Shown here piece by piece: positions 31,473 to 40,052 of a DNA stretch of 64,000 nucleotides. Position 1 is the stretch's first letter; every line of letters starts with the position of its first letter. This DNA comes from Candidatus Cloacimonadales bacterium. GTDB taxonomy: Bacteria; Cloacimonadota; Cloacimonadia; Cloacimonadales; JAIOQZ01. The stretch lies in NCBI GenBank assembly GCA_963674825.1, contig OY771587.1, positions 896,001 to 960,000 on the forward strand, in the 5' to 3' direction. A program made the position numbers and the translations under genes. Below the pieces are notes generated by a model that did no database searches, was not told where the DNA came from, and was given only the letters and a program-made list of their open reading frames with translations.

Positions 31473-32270
31473 TTACCTGCCTGGTCGATAATCAATCAGT
31501 TCGATTTTCTCCCACATACGATATTCGGCGACAGGCCCAACTCCCAGCGAATCGGTAACTTCAGTCACACCAAAATCTGCCCAGAGAAGCGCTACACCAC
31601 ATGGCGCATAGTAATAGTGAATTGGTTCTATATATCGATCATCGAAGAAAATAGTCTTTGTCTTATGCACACATGACAAATTTTCATACGGAACTTCGAT
31701 GATGCTCTGACCAATAATCTTGTTTACCACTCCTGATGAGTTATCATCTGTGTCATAGCTCCATTGATGACCGGACTCCGAATGATAGGGCATAAGCAAT
31801 CTGTAATCAGATGTCGTCTTTGCAAACCAGGTTTTCTCCGTAGGGAAATTCGGCTCGAATCCAGGAAATATGGATGGCGTATAATTATTGCGACCTGGTA
31901 TACCAATTCCGACACCGTCATAGCCTACCCGGTACACTCCGTCATTGAGGTTCGCTATGTAATCTCTACCGTAAATGTGTCCCGTGGAATCATTAACCAC
32001 CGCAATACCGGTTGCCAGAATGCTGTCCGATACGACGCGCATGGTGTCGGCAACCAACCAGTAGTAAACTTCGAACGTATCGATTATGGCAACGCCATCC
32101 TCAACCGTTACATTGGGCATAGACAATCGATAGAGCCATGAGCTTCCTATCTCAACCGGATATGAGCCGTATAAGATATTCGACTCACTGTCACATTGTA
32201 CAATAGCAAGACTAATGACAATAAGCATGCAGAAATACAGCCACCAATAAAGCTTTCTGATCCGCTTCAT
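31473..32270 (-). CDS. Hypothetical lipoprotein
   Basis: Basic N-terminus, hydrophobic stretch, IVQC-DSES; SD GGAGG. Confidence 0.7.
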   Translation of the reverse strand: MKRIRKLYWWLYFCMLIVISLAIVQCDSESNILYGSYPVEIGSSWLYRLSMPNVTVEDGVAIIDTFEVYYWLVADTMRVVSDSILATGIAVVNDSTGHIYGRDYIANLNDGVYRVGYDGVGIGIPGRNNYTPSIFPGFEPNFPTEKTWFAKTTSDYRLLMPYHSESGHQWSYDTDDNSSGVVNKIIGQSIIEVPYENLSCVHKTKTIFFDDRYIEPIHYYYAPCGVALLWADFGVTEVTDSLGVGPVAEYRMWEKIELIDYRPGR

Positions 32271-32280
32271 CTTCCCTCCG

Positions 32281-33099
32281 TTACCTCTTCAGAGCGATTC
32301 CAATCTCATACACACGGTTCTTGGATGTGCCGGTTTTCTTCGCGACATTCTTCACCGCCTGTTTCATGGAAACACCTTCATCTAATTCGCTTGTGAGCAG
32401 CGCTTCCAGTTGAGCGTCGTCCACTTCGGTGGATTGATAGCCCTCGACAAGCAGCACCATCTCGCCCTTTTTCGTATACTCGTTTTCGATGAGTTCCGTG
32501 AACGTTCCGCGCACGTACTCCTCATGCATCTTGCTGATCTCGCGCGCGATGACAGCCAGCCTGTCACCGAGTTTTTCGCGCAGCCAATCCAGCGTCTTAT
32601 CGATGCGATGCGGCGCTTCGAAAAACACGATCGTAGCCTGAAGCTGCTTGATTTCCTCAATGAGCGCATCGCGATCCTTGAGCTTGTCCGGCAGAAATCC
32701 GACGAACAGGAACCGCAAGGTGTCCAGCCCGGAAGCGCTGACAGCGGGAATGACGCTGGTTGCGCCTGGTAGCGCTACGACTGTTATATCGTTCCGGATG
32801 GCCTCCTGCACGATGGTCTGTGCCGGGTCGGAGATTCCCGGGCTGCCGGCGTCGGTGATCACAGCGATGTCGTTTCCTTCCTGAAGCTTTCGGATCAGTT
32901 GCGTTGTACGTTCGCGTTCGTTAAATTTGTGGTAACTCACGGTTGGTGTTTCGATGTTGTAGTGTTGCAGGAGGACGCGCGACGTGCGGGTATCCTCACA
33001 AGCAATTGTGGAGACGCTTTTCAGCGTCTCCACAGATCGGAATGTCATATCTGCCAGATTTCCTACTGGCGTTGGAATCAAGTAAAGCGTTCCATTCAT
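32281..33099 (-). CDS. rsmI: 16S rRNA (cytidine1402-2'-O)-methyltransferase
   Basis: LYLIPTPVGNL.D, ACEDTR, DAGSPGISDP, REISKMHEE. Confidence 0.95.
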   Translation of the reverse strand: MNGTLYLIPTPVGNLADMTFRSVETLKSVSTIACEDTRTSRVLLQHYNIETPTVSYHKFNERERTTQLIRKLQEGNDIAVITDAGSPGISDPAQTIVQEAIRNDITVVALPGATSVIPAVSASGLDTLRFLFVGFLPDKLKDRDALIEEIKQLQATIVFFEAPHRIDKTLDWLREKLGDRLAVIAREISKMHEEYVRGTFTELIENEYTKKGEMVLLVEGYQSTEVDDAQLEALLTSELDEGVSMKQAVKNVAKKTGTSKNRVYEIGIALKR

Positions 33100-33100
33100 G

Positions 33101-34342
33101 TCATATCTTTCTTGGTGGATTGATTTTGATGGTCATCACAGCGCTGATGAGGCACAGAACGCCGCAGATGGAAAATGCCAGCGGGAAATTGCCCATGTCA
33201 CCGAGAACGCCGCCGAGGATCGGCCCGAAAATACCACCAGCACCATAAGCAAGAAAGACGAACGGGTAATTTTCACCCACGAATTTCGAGCCAAAGGTAT
33301 CGGCAGTGATCGTAGGGAATAGTGCGAACGCGCCGCCGTAATTGAATCCGATCAGCGTTGCCACAAGATAGAGCATCCAAGGTGTTCCCGCCATGTATGG
33401 GAACAGCAGCATGAAAATACCCTGGCTGGCAGCCATGATAATGATGGACGGCTTGCGTTTGAGCTTGTCGCTGAAGACGCCCCAAAGGATGCGACCCAGT
33501 CCGTTTGCAAGGCTGAAAAACACCGCCATTGCAGTACCGGAGATCGCAGCAGCAGCAGCGAGATCCAGTCCCTTATTCTGCAGCGCTTCCATGGGATAGA
33601 GCTTCATGAGCCCGATCGACATAAGGCCTGCCATCGCGTTGAATACAAATACAAGGAAAATCAGATAGAACGGAAGGGTTCGCAGCATTTCCCCGCTGCG
33701 TAGATCCTTTCCGGACGATACCGCTTTCGCACTATCAGTTTTCTTATTAACGGCTTCTTTCTGCTCTTTCGGGAAAACCATCCAGATGCTCCCGATTAAG
33801 ATAAGAATAGCGAATAGCACACCATAGACGATAAACGTTGTGGAGATGCTGTAGCGTTCGATCAGATGTCCCCATTGACCAGCAAGCTTCACCCAGACCA
33901 TTGCCCCGAAGCCGAAGCCAGCCACCGACAAACCGCTGATAAGTCCCTTCTTATCAGGAAACCAGCGGATTCCGACCGCGATCGGCACTACATAGCTGAT
34001 ACCGATACCGCCACCACCGATCAATCCGATGAAGATCAGAATCGGCCAGAACGATGTCCCGCCGAAGAGACCGCCCAGAATATAACCGGCTCCCATGGTG
34101 ATCGCCGAGATGATCGAAAGACGACGCGGTCCTACTTTCGCAAGTTTCTTTCCTGCCAGCACCATGACCACCGCGAAGCTCACCAGACCGACAGAGAAGA
34201 CGATCTGCGTCTGAACCTTGCTCCAGCCGATTGCTGTCAGATAAGGCGTAAATACCGACCACGCATAGATTGCACCCAGACAAAGCTGGATGAGAACTGC
34301 TCCGAAAATGACCAGCCAGCGATTCCCTTTGTTTTCAGTCAT
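33101..34342 (-). CDS. MFS transporter, oxalate:formate antiporter (OFA)-like
   Basis: About 12 TM; QLCLGAIYAWSVF, RWFPDKKGLISG..VAGFGFG, NGLGRILWG.FSD. Confidence 0.9.
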   Translation of the reverse strand: MTENKGNRWLVIFGAVLIQLCLGAIYAWSVFTPYLTAIGWSKVQTQIVFSVGLVSFAVVMVLAGKKLAKVGPRRLSIISAITMGAGYILGGLFGGTSFWPILIFIGLIGGGGIGISYVVPIAVGIRWFPDKKGLISGLSVAGFGFGAMVWVKLAGQWGHLIERYSISTTFIVYGVLFAILILIGSIWMVFPKEQKEAVNKKTDSAKAVSSGKDLRSGEMLRTLPFYLIFLVFVFNAMAGLMSIGLMKLYPMEALQNKGLDLAAAAAISGTAMAVFFSLANGLGRILWGVFSDKLKRKPSIIIMAASQGIFMLLFPYMAGTPWMLYLVATLIGFNYGGAFALFPTITADTFGSKFVGENYPFVFLAYGAGGIFGPILGGVLGDMGNFPLAFSICGVLCLISAVMTIKINPPRKI

Positions 34343-34355
34343 ACGCTGCTCCGGA

Positions 34356-35603
34356 CTACAGGCCGTACTTGTCGATGATTTCTTGCTTGGTCAATCCGAG
34401 AATACCGTATTTTTTACCAACTTTGATGAAGGCTTCCAGCGCTTTGTCGAGGTGTTCTCTTTCATGTGCGGCAGATATCTGCGTGCGGATACGAGCCTTG
34501 CCCTGCGGTACCACCGGGAAGAAGAAGCCGATCGCGTAGATGCCTTCGTCATACAGATCGCGGGAGAAATCCTGCGAAAGCTTGGCGTTGAAGAGCATTA
34601 CCGGCACGATAGGCGTATCACCTGGCTGAAGGACGAATCCTGCATCCTGAAGACCTTTGCGCCAGTATTCGGTATTGGCTTCCAACTTGTCGCGGCGTTC
34701 GGTGGTCTTGGAGAGAATCTCCAGAACCTTGAGCACACCGGAGACGACCACCGGAGCGATGGTGTTGGAGAAAAGGTACGGTCGCGCTTTCTGACGGCAC
34801 ATCTCCACGACTTCCTTACGACCGGATACACATCCGCCGGAAGCGCCACCAAGAGCCTTGCCAAAGGTTGTTGTGATAATATCGATCTTACCCATCACGC
34901 CGCATTTCTCGTGGGTTCCACGACCTGTCTTGCCGATGAAGCCAGTAGAATGGGAGTCGTCCACAAACAGCATAGCATCGTATTTCTCGCAGAGCGCGAC
35001 CATCTCGTCGAGCTTCGCGGTATCGCCGTCCATAGAGAACACACCGTCGGTGATGACTACTTTGAGCCGTTTATCGGCGTGCAGAATCAGCTTTTTCTCG
35101 AGATGCTTCATGTCGGAGTGCTTGAAGGTGTCGTGCATAGCTGGAGCCAGCCGGATACCGTCGATGATGGAGGCGTGTACCAGACGATCGGAAATCATCA
35201 CGTCCTCGTCGGTGAGGATCGCTTCAAAAACGCCGGCGTTGGCGTCCATGCAGGACGGGAAGAGGATGGTGTCTTCAGTGCCGAGGAAATCGCTCACGAG
35301 CTTTTCGAGCTTCTTGTGGATGTCCTGCGTACCACAGATGAAGCGTACGGATGACATACCGTAACCACGGGTGTCGAGACCTTCATGCGCGGCCTGGATC
35401 ACGTCCGGGTGACTGGAGAGCCCCAGATAGTTGTTGGCGCACATGTTGATTACTTTCTTGAGGCTGGATCCGGTGGGGAATTCCACCTCGATGTCCGCCG
35501 CCTGCGGTGAATGTATGAAGCGTTCCTGTTTGAAGATGCCTTTGTCATCGATCCCTTTGAGGGTATCCAGATAGACTTGTCTCACTTTGTCGCTGTAAGC
35601 CAT
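34356..35603 (-). CDS. kbl: Glycine C-acetyltransferase (2-amino-3-ketobutyrate ligase), PLP alpha-oxoamine synthase family
   Basis: CANNYLGL, GMSSVRFICGTQDIH, HASIIDG, DGVFSMDG, TFGKALGGASGG, ARIRTQISAAH. Confidence 0.9.
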   Translation of the reverse strand: MAYSDKVRQVYLDTLKGIDDKGIFKQERFIHSPQAADIEVEFPTGSSLKKVINMCANNYLGLSSHPDVIQAAHEGLDTRGYGMSSVRFICGTQDIHKKLEKLVSDFLGTEDTILFPSCMDANAGVFEAILTDEDVMISDRLVHASIIDGIRLAPAMHDTFKHSDMKHLEKKLILHADKRLKVVITDGVFSMDGDTAKLDEMVALCEKYDAMLFVDDSHSTGFIGKTGRGTHEKCGVMGKIDIITTTFGKALGGASGGCVSGRKEVVEMCRQKARPYLFSNTIAPVVVSGVLKVLEILSKTTERRDKLEANTEYWRKGLQDAGFVLQPGDTPIVPVMLFNAKLSQDFSRDLYDEGIYAIGFFFPVVPQGKARIRTQISAAHEREHLDKALEAFIKVGKKYGILGLTKQEIIDKYGL

Positions 35604-35751
35604 AGTGTCGCTCCTTGTAAGGTTTTAGTGTCGTTGCTTTGATTTGGGCTGAACCAAACTTCCGAATGTTTGGGTCAGACGTCTCGTATCGAGTACCCAT
35701 ATCAAAGCAACGATCCCGACCGAGGCTTAACCCCGGCCGGGTAAAAAGCTG

Positions 35752-36009
35752 TTACTGGCCGAGGTGCTTGAGCACGAGCTCGGTGATAAGGTTTACGTTG
35801 TCGAATGCTTCCGGGGTCGCTTCCTCGTCGGGAAGGCTGATTCCATATTTGTTTTCCAGGAAGCGTTTGAGTGATACCATCGAAAATGAATCGACCAGAC
35901 CACCGGATATAAGCGGTGTGTCGAATCCTACCTCATCATCATCGTCCTCTACATATTCTTCGATCACGTATTCGAGCACGACTTCCTTGATTTCTTCACG
36001 ATCTGCCAT
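35752..36009 (-). CDS. Stand-alone acyl/aminoacyl carrier protein
   Basis: 85 aa, very acidic; GLVDSF phosphopantetheine-site motif; SD AGGAG. Confidence 0.9.
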   Translation of the reverse strand: MADREEIKEVVLEYVIEEYVEDDDDEVGFDTPLISGGLVDSFSMVSLKRFLENKYGISLPDEEATPEAFDNVNLITELVLKHLGQ

Positions 36010-36182
36010 AGTTGTTTCTCCTTCCTCGATTTATAGAGTTATTGCTTGGTTTTTTATACTTCATTCGATTCCCAGATTCGCACTGGATCATCACTCATCG
36101 GATTCCCGGACCAATTCATGTGAATCAAGTACCCATCCGTCAAATACTTTCAGCAAATCTTTGCACTTTATTCACCGTATGC

Positions 36183-36214
36183 AAAATCATCCGGGCGAGA
36201 TACCACCCGGATGA
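36183..36214 (-). terminator. Terminator-like hairpin after the lipoprotein array
   Basis: TCATCCGGG...CCCGGATGA then T4 on the minus strand. Confidence 0.6.
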
Positions 36215-36265
36215 CACCATATTATTCGCTAATCACATTACGTTTCAATCTCACGGTCGTTCTTA

Positions 36266-37018
36266 CTAGCGCTGGTTCATTACCTGATTTAGCAGAGTTC
36301 TGGCATGTTCATGGGGATCAATACTGCGTGCAAATGTACCCCAATTTGCAACATTGTAGGTGAATGAAAGGAATACCAAATCTCCAACCACCACCCAGTT
36401 TTCCTGATCGACCGACAAGTTTAGATATTCTGAAGTAGGATCGTTGAACCCGTGCAAGTTCGCTGCCAGCGTGTATGCTCTGAGTGCAGGGTCAATATAA
36501 ATTGAACCGATAGAGCGCGACTCGTCATCTGGGCCAAGGATGAACAGGGATTGTGCGTCGGAATTAGCTTCCAACGTCCAGGTCAATTCGTAATTTGTCT
36601 GTCCATCCCACGTATCATCGATATTGAGTGTAGGAATATAGGTCATCGTCAAAGTAGCAGTCTCGGCATAAGCGCCGTTGTTGATATCGAGATCGTAGGC
36701 ATAACTTTGGCCAGGCGTAAATTCGTAATTCGCCCACCATTCATTGTACATCTCCTGATAATACATCGAAACATCTTCGCCATCAATGGTAAGATTACAG
36801 GATTCAATGAGATCTGTCTCATCCAGCGCAAAAACGTAGATGTATCCATAACGGAACTCCGGACTTTGCGAGAATGTAACCGCATAGCGCCAGTCTGATG
36901 TAGGGGGCTGGGATATTCCGCCGCCGTTATCGTCGTCGTCATCGTCATCCGATGAGCAGGACACCATCATGCCCAATGCGAGCATCACGACAAGAAAGCC
37001 AATAATCAGTCGTTTCAT
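36266..37018 (-). CDS. Lipoprotein, tandem paralog 5
   Basis: MVSC-SSDDDDDDD; YEFTPGQSY, LTWTL, QENW shared with neighbours. Confidence 0.85.
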   Translation of the reverse strand: MKRLIIGFLVVMLALGMMVSCSSDDDDDDDNGGGISQPPTSDWRYAVTFSQSPEFRYGYIYVFALDETDLIESCNLTIDGEDVSMYYQEMYNEWWANYEFTPGQSYAYDLDINNGAYAETATLTMTYIPTLNIDDTWDGQTNYELTWTLEANSDAQSLFILGPDDESRSIGSIYIDPALRAYTLAANLHGFNDPTSEYLNLSVDQENWVVVGDLVFLSFTYNVANWGTFARSIDPHEHARTLLNQVMNQR

Positions 37019-37078
37019 TTGTTTCTCCTTGGTTGAGGGAGTTACAGTCTATATGCAGCAAAGGATAACGCCGCATTG

Positions 37079-37708
37079 TTATTTGTCATTTTCGATCATC
37101 CTCGAAAGCTGTTCTATCGTCCGCCTGGCAAGATCCAGTGGATTCAGCCTGTAATCAATGTATCCGTAGTTCTTCATTACACTCGTCTCTGCGACCACGT
37201 AGAATCCATCTTCCTCCGACCAGTTTTTTTCCTGAAGGTTGAAATGGATGAACTCGGTGGAAGGATCGTCGTAATCCATGAATCCGGCAGGAATAGAATA
37301 TCGCCGGTCTGACGGAAGCATATAAATTGTGGCAATGGGATCATCCCGAGCCGCGCCGGGGCCAACCACATACAGGGATTGCGTTCTCGCATTTCTTTGC
37401 AGCGACCATTCAAGCTGGAAATCGCTCTGACCATCCCAGGAATCAGGGAAGTTTGCGTCCGGGATATATGGCATCGTGAACGTCCCCGAGCGCTGATATG
37501 AATCGTTGATCACGACTACATACGAATATATGCTCCCCTGCACAAACGGATAGTAGGCCGAAACCGAATCCGAATCCCGGTAATATTCAAGCGGGACTTC
37601 TTCGATGATAACGCCGGTACTTCCACCACTGGAGCCATCGGAGCTACAGGAGATCACAAGGATCAGAATAAGCAAGAATGCGGTGAATGCAGTGGCAAAG
37701 CGATTCAT
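37079..37708 (-). CDS. Lipoprotein, tandem paralog 4 (shortened N-terminal part)
   Basis: VISC-SSDG; YPFVQGSIY, LEWSLQRNARTQ, EKNW. Confidence 0.85.
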   Translation of the reverse strand: MNRFATAFTAFLLILILVISCSSDGSSGGSTGVIIEEVPLEYYRDSDSVSAYYPFVQGSIYSYVVVINDSYQRSGTFTMPYIPDANFPDSWDGQSDFQLEWSLQRNARTQSLYVVGPGAARDDPIATIYMLPSDRRYSIPAGFMDYDDPSTEFIHFNLQEKNWSEEDGFYVVAETSVMKNYGYIDYRLNPLDLARRTIEQLSRMIENDK

Positions 37709-37753
37709 GATATCTCCCGGATATGGATTGCATGGTCAGAAATTGCAATTTTA

Positions 37754-38425
37754 TCAATGACACGTCAATGATTTTTGTTCAGAAATCCTATCGTCGTTGC
37801 TTCCGTAGGCAAAGCTGTAGAAGAAGAATTCCCCGGAAGTCTCCCAATTGCACTCCACAAGTTGAATACTGATGGTCGATTCACCGGTGTAGCCGAAGAG
37901 CTCCGCGTCCATGGAATAGCTTCGATCCCTGGGATTCATATAAATGAGCGTCTTGTAGGGATAGGGGTCGTCGCGGCCAGTATCAGCGTTCTCGAAATAC
38001 AGATACTGGGTTCTGGCGTCTTTATCCATATTCCATTCAATTTTAGTATTCTCACCCGCGACGTATTCATGAGGAAATTCGCATTCCGGTTCGCAGGCAA
38101 TCGTCAGATCAGTAATTTGATGGTAAATGCCATTGACAGTGATTTCGATATTATAAGTCTCACCTTCCTGGAATGGATAATACGCGAAATCGCGGCTGCA
38201 GGTCACCTCTTCCCCATCAATCAGGATACAGAGACTATTGATTGGGATCGAGCCGGTGAGGACTACATAGATCATCTGGCTCTGTGCCGACGCATAGACG
38301 GCGAAGCTGGATTGCGTGATGTCGGGGAGTTGGTGGATAGGATTCTCTTCCTCGTCGGAATCGAAAAGGTTGCAAGACAATAGCAGAAGCGACAGTAACA
38401 GGGCCAGTATGAAGATGCGTAGCAT
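37754..38425 (-). CDS. Lipoprotein, tandem paralog 3
   Basis: Start MLRIF after AAGGAG; LLSC-NLFDSDEEE; YPFQEGETY, IEWNMDKDARTQ, ECNW. Confidence 0.85.
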   Translation of the reverse strand: MLRIFILALLLSLLLLSCNLFDSDEEENPIHQLPDITQSSFAVYASAQSQMIYVVLTGSIPINSLCILIDGEEVTCSRDFAYYPFQEGETYNIEITVNGIYHQITDLTIACEPECEFPHEYVAGENTKIEWNMDKDARTQYLYFENADTGRDDPYPYKTLIYMNPRDRSYSMDAELFGYTGESTISIQLVECNWETSGEFFFYSFAYGSNDDRISEQKSLTCH

Positions 38426-38457
38426 GGATAAGTACTCCTTCAGATTCAGTATTTCAT

Positions 38458-39138
38458 TTATCTGGATGATTGCGGTGTAAACTCCTCGGTATCGGCATTG
38501 TAGCTTATGAAATAGAAATCGCCTTGCTGGATCCAATTGTATTCGGTAATGCTGACACGGATATTGGTATCGCCGGAATAACTCACCATCTCGCCGTTGA
38601 ATGTAAAATCACGCTGCTCGACGGGGAGGTAGCTGTAGAGATCGGAGACGCAGAATACGCTGTCGGTATCCACGAAGTTCTCGATTAGAAGCATCTGCGT
38701 CTGGGCATCGCAGTCGAGACTCCATGTGATCTCCGTGTAAATGCCGATCTCGAGACTGTCCGGAATCGAAAGCTCCGGTTCGCACACCATGGTTAGATCG
38801 ACAACCTGTCGTTTTGTGTCGTTTATGTTCACATCGATGGTGTAGCACTGGTTTGGTTCGAATGGATAATCACCTTCAAAAAGCGCGTAGTCTGCGTTTC
38901 GCCGAACCATGAACACGTCCGAGCCATTGATGATTACCTGTAAATTACCGATCTCCAACTCCGTGAAAGTAAAGACGCATATCGAGCCCCACGGGTACGC
39001 AACGATGTTGATGGTTTCTTTGTTGGACGGTAACGGATTTTCCATAAAATCACGATTGTTCTCATCAAACAGAGTGCAGGAAACGAGGGCAGTGACAGCA
39101 ACAAGTATCAGTATGAGATTGGTGGGTAGATTTTTCAT
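38458..39138 (-). CDS. Lipoprotein, tandem paralog 2
   Basis: LVSC-TLFDE; YPFEPNQCY, ITWSLDCDAQTQ, EYNW. Confidence 0.85.
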   Translation of the reverse strand: MKNLPTNLILILVAVTALVSCTLFDENNRDFMENPLPSNKETINIVAYPWGSICVFTFTELEIGNLQVIINGSDVFMVRRNADYALFEGDYPFEPNQCYTIDVNINDTKRQVVDLTMVCEPELSIPDSLEIGIYTEITWSLDCDAQTQMLLIENFVDTDSVFCVSDLYSYLPVEQRDFTFNGEMVSYSGDTNIRVSITEYNWIQQGDFYFISYNADTEEFTPQSSR

Positions 39139-39155
39139 GTAGGCAATACTCCATT

Positions 39156-39917
39156 TTATAGATTATCGGTGCGGGTTTTCCAAATTGTGTCAATGATCAT
39201 CTGTGTCCTTTTCATTCGTGCTTCAGGGCCGATATCTTTCATATTATACGAATGGTTCATGAACATATCATACGAATGGCTCATGAACCTGAAATCCCCC
39301 ACGATCTCCCAGTTATATTCTTCCAGGTCGATCGTCAGGTATGAATCGCCTGTGTGATGGAAGGTATCCGCGCTCAGCGTGTATTCGCGCTGTGAGCTGT
39401 GAACATAGACCATCTTCGCTTCGGGATTCTCCAGGCTGTCGGCGTTGGCGCTGTACAGGAAGCAGAAAACCTGGGTCTTCGCATCATGATCGAGGTCCCA
39501 CGTTAAATTCAAATCGACACCCTCTTCAAGCGAATCGGGAATCGCCAGCTCAGGGATGCATACCATTTTCAGATCGATCACACCATGATACTGATTATCG
39601 ACGGTAACATCGATGTGATAGACGCTGTTCGGCTGAAAATCGTAGAAACCTCCGAATCGAACCAGATTTCCGCTGTTCGCTGCCTCGTTTTCGATGTTTT
39701 GCCCATCGACAAATACACAAACAGTATCGACAGGCACATCCCAGTCACTGTATAAGGCAATGCTACCCCATTCTGGATGAACCGACACGATATAGGGTGA
39801 ATCGTCGACATAGGGAAGCGTGGTGATATCCGAATCGCTACTGTCATCGAACAAAGTACATGATGTCATGATGACACATAGGAAAATCACGATAATCTCA
39901 GGTAGATTACGAACCAT
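39156..39917 (-). CDS. Lipoprotein, tandem paralog 1
   Basis: MTSC-TLFDDSSD; YDFQPNSVY, LTWDLDHDAKTQ, EYNW; SD GGAGG. Confidence 0.85.
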   Translation of the reverse strand: MVRNLPEIIVIFLCVIMTSCTLFDDSSDSDITTLPYVDDSPYIVSVHPEWGSIALYSDWDVPVDTVCVFVDGQNIENEAANSGNLVRFGGFYDFQPNSVYHIDVTVDNQYHGVIDLKMVCIPELAIPDSLEEGVDLNLTWDLDHDAKTQVFCFLYSANADSLENPEAKMVYVHSSQREYTLSADTFHHTGDSYLTIDLEEYNWEIVGDFRFMSHSYDMFMNHSYNMKDIGPEARMKRTQMIIDTIWKTRTDNL

Positions 39918-40008
39918 TTTGCACCTCCATTCTTGTGAGCTTCACTTAAAACGACAATTGAAATTCGAAATATGGTTAATAATAAATGAATGTCAACGTA
40001 TTTTCGGC

Positions 40009-40036
40009 AAAAAAAACCGGGCGATTGCTCGCCCGG
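40009..40036 (-). terminator. Intrinsic terminator after the acetate ligase gene
   Basis: CCGGGCGA-GCAA-TCGCCCGG followed by T8. Confidence 0.8.
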
Positions 40037-40052
40037 ATATTTGACGCAATGT

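Noticed and set aside
31322..32270. Genomic island integrated at tRNA-Phe
   Set aside because: No integrase and no duplicated tRNA 3' end seen; the lipoprotein lies on the 5' side of the tRNA
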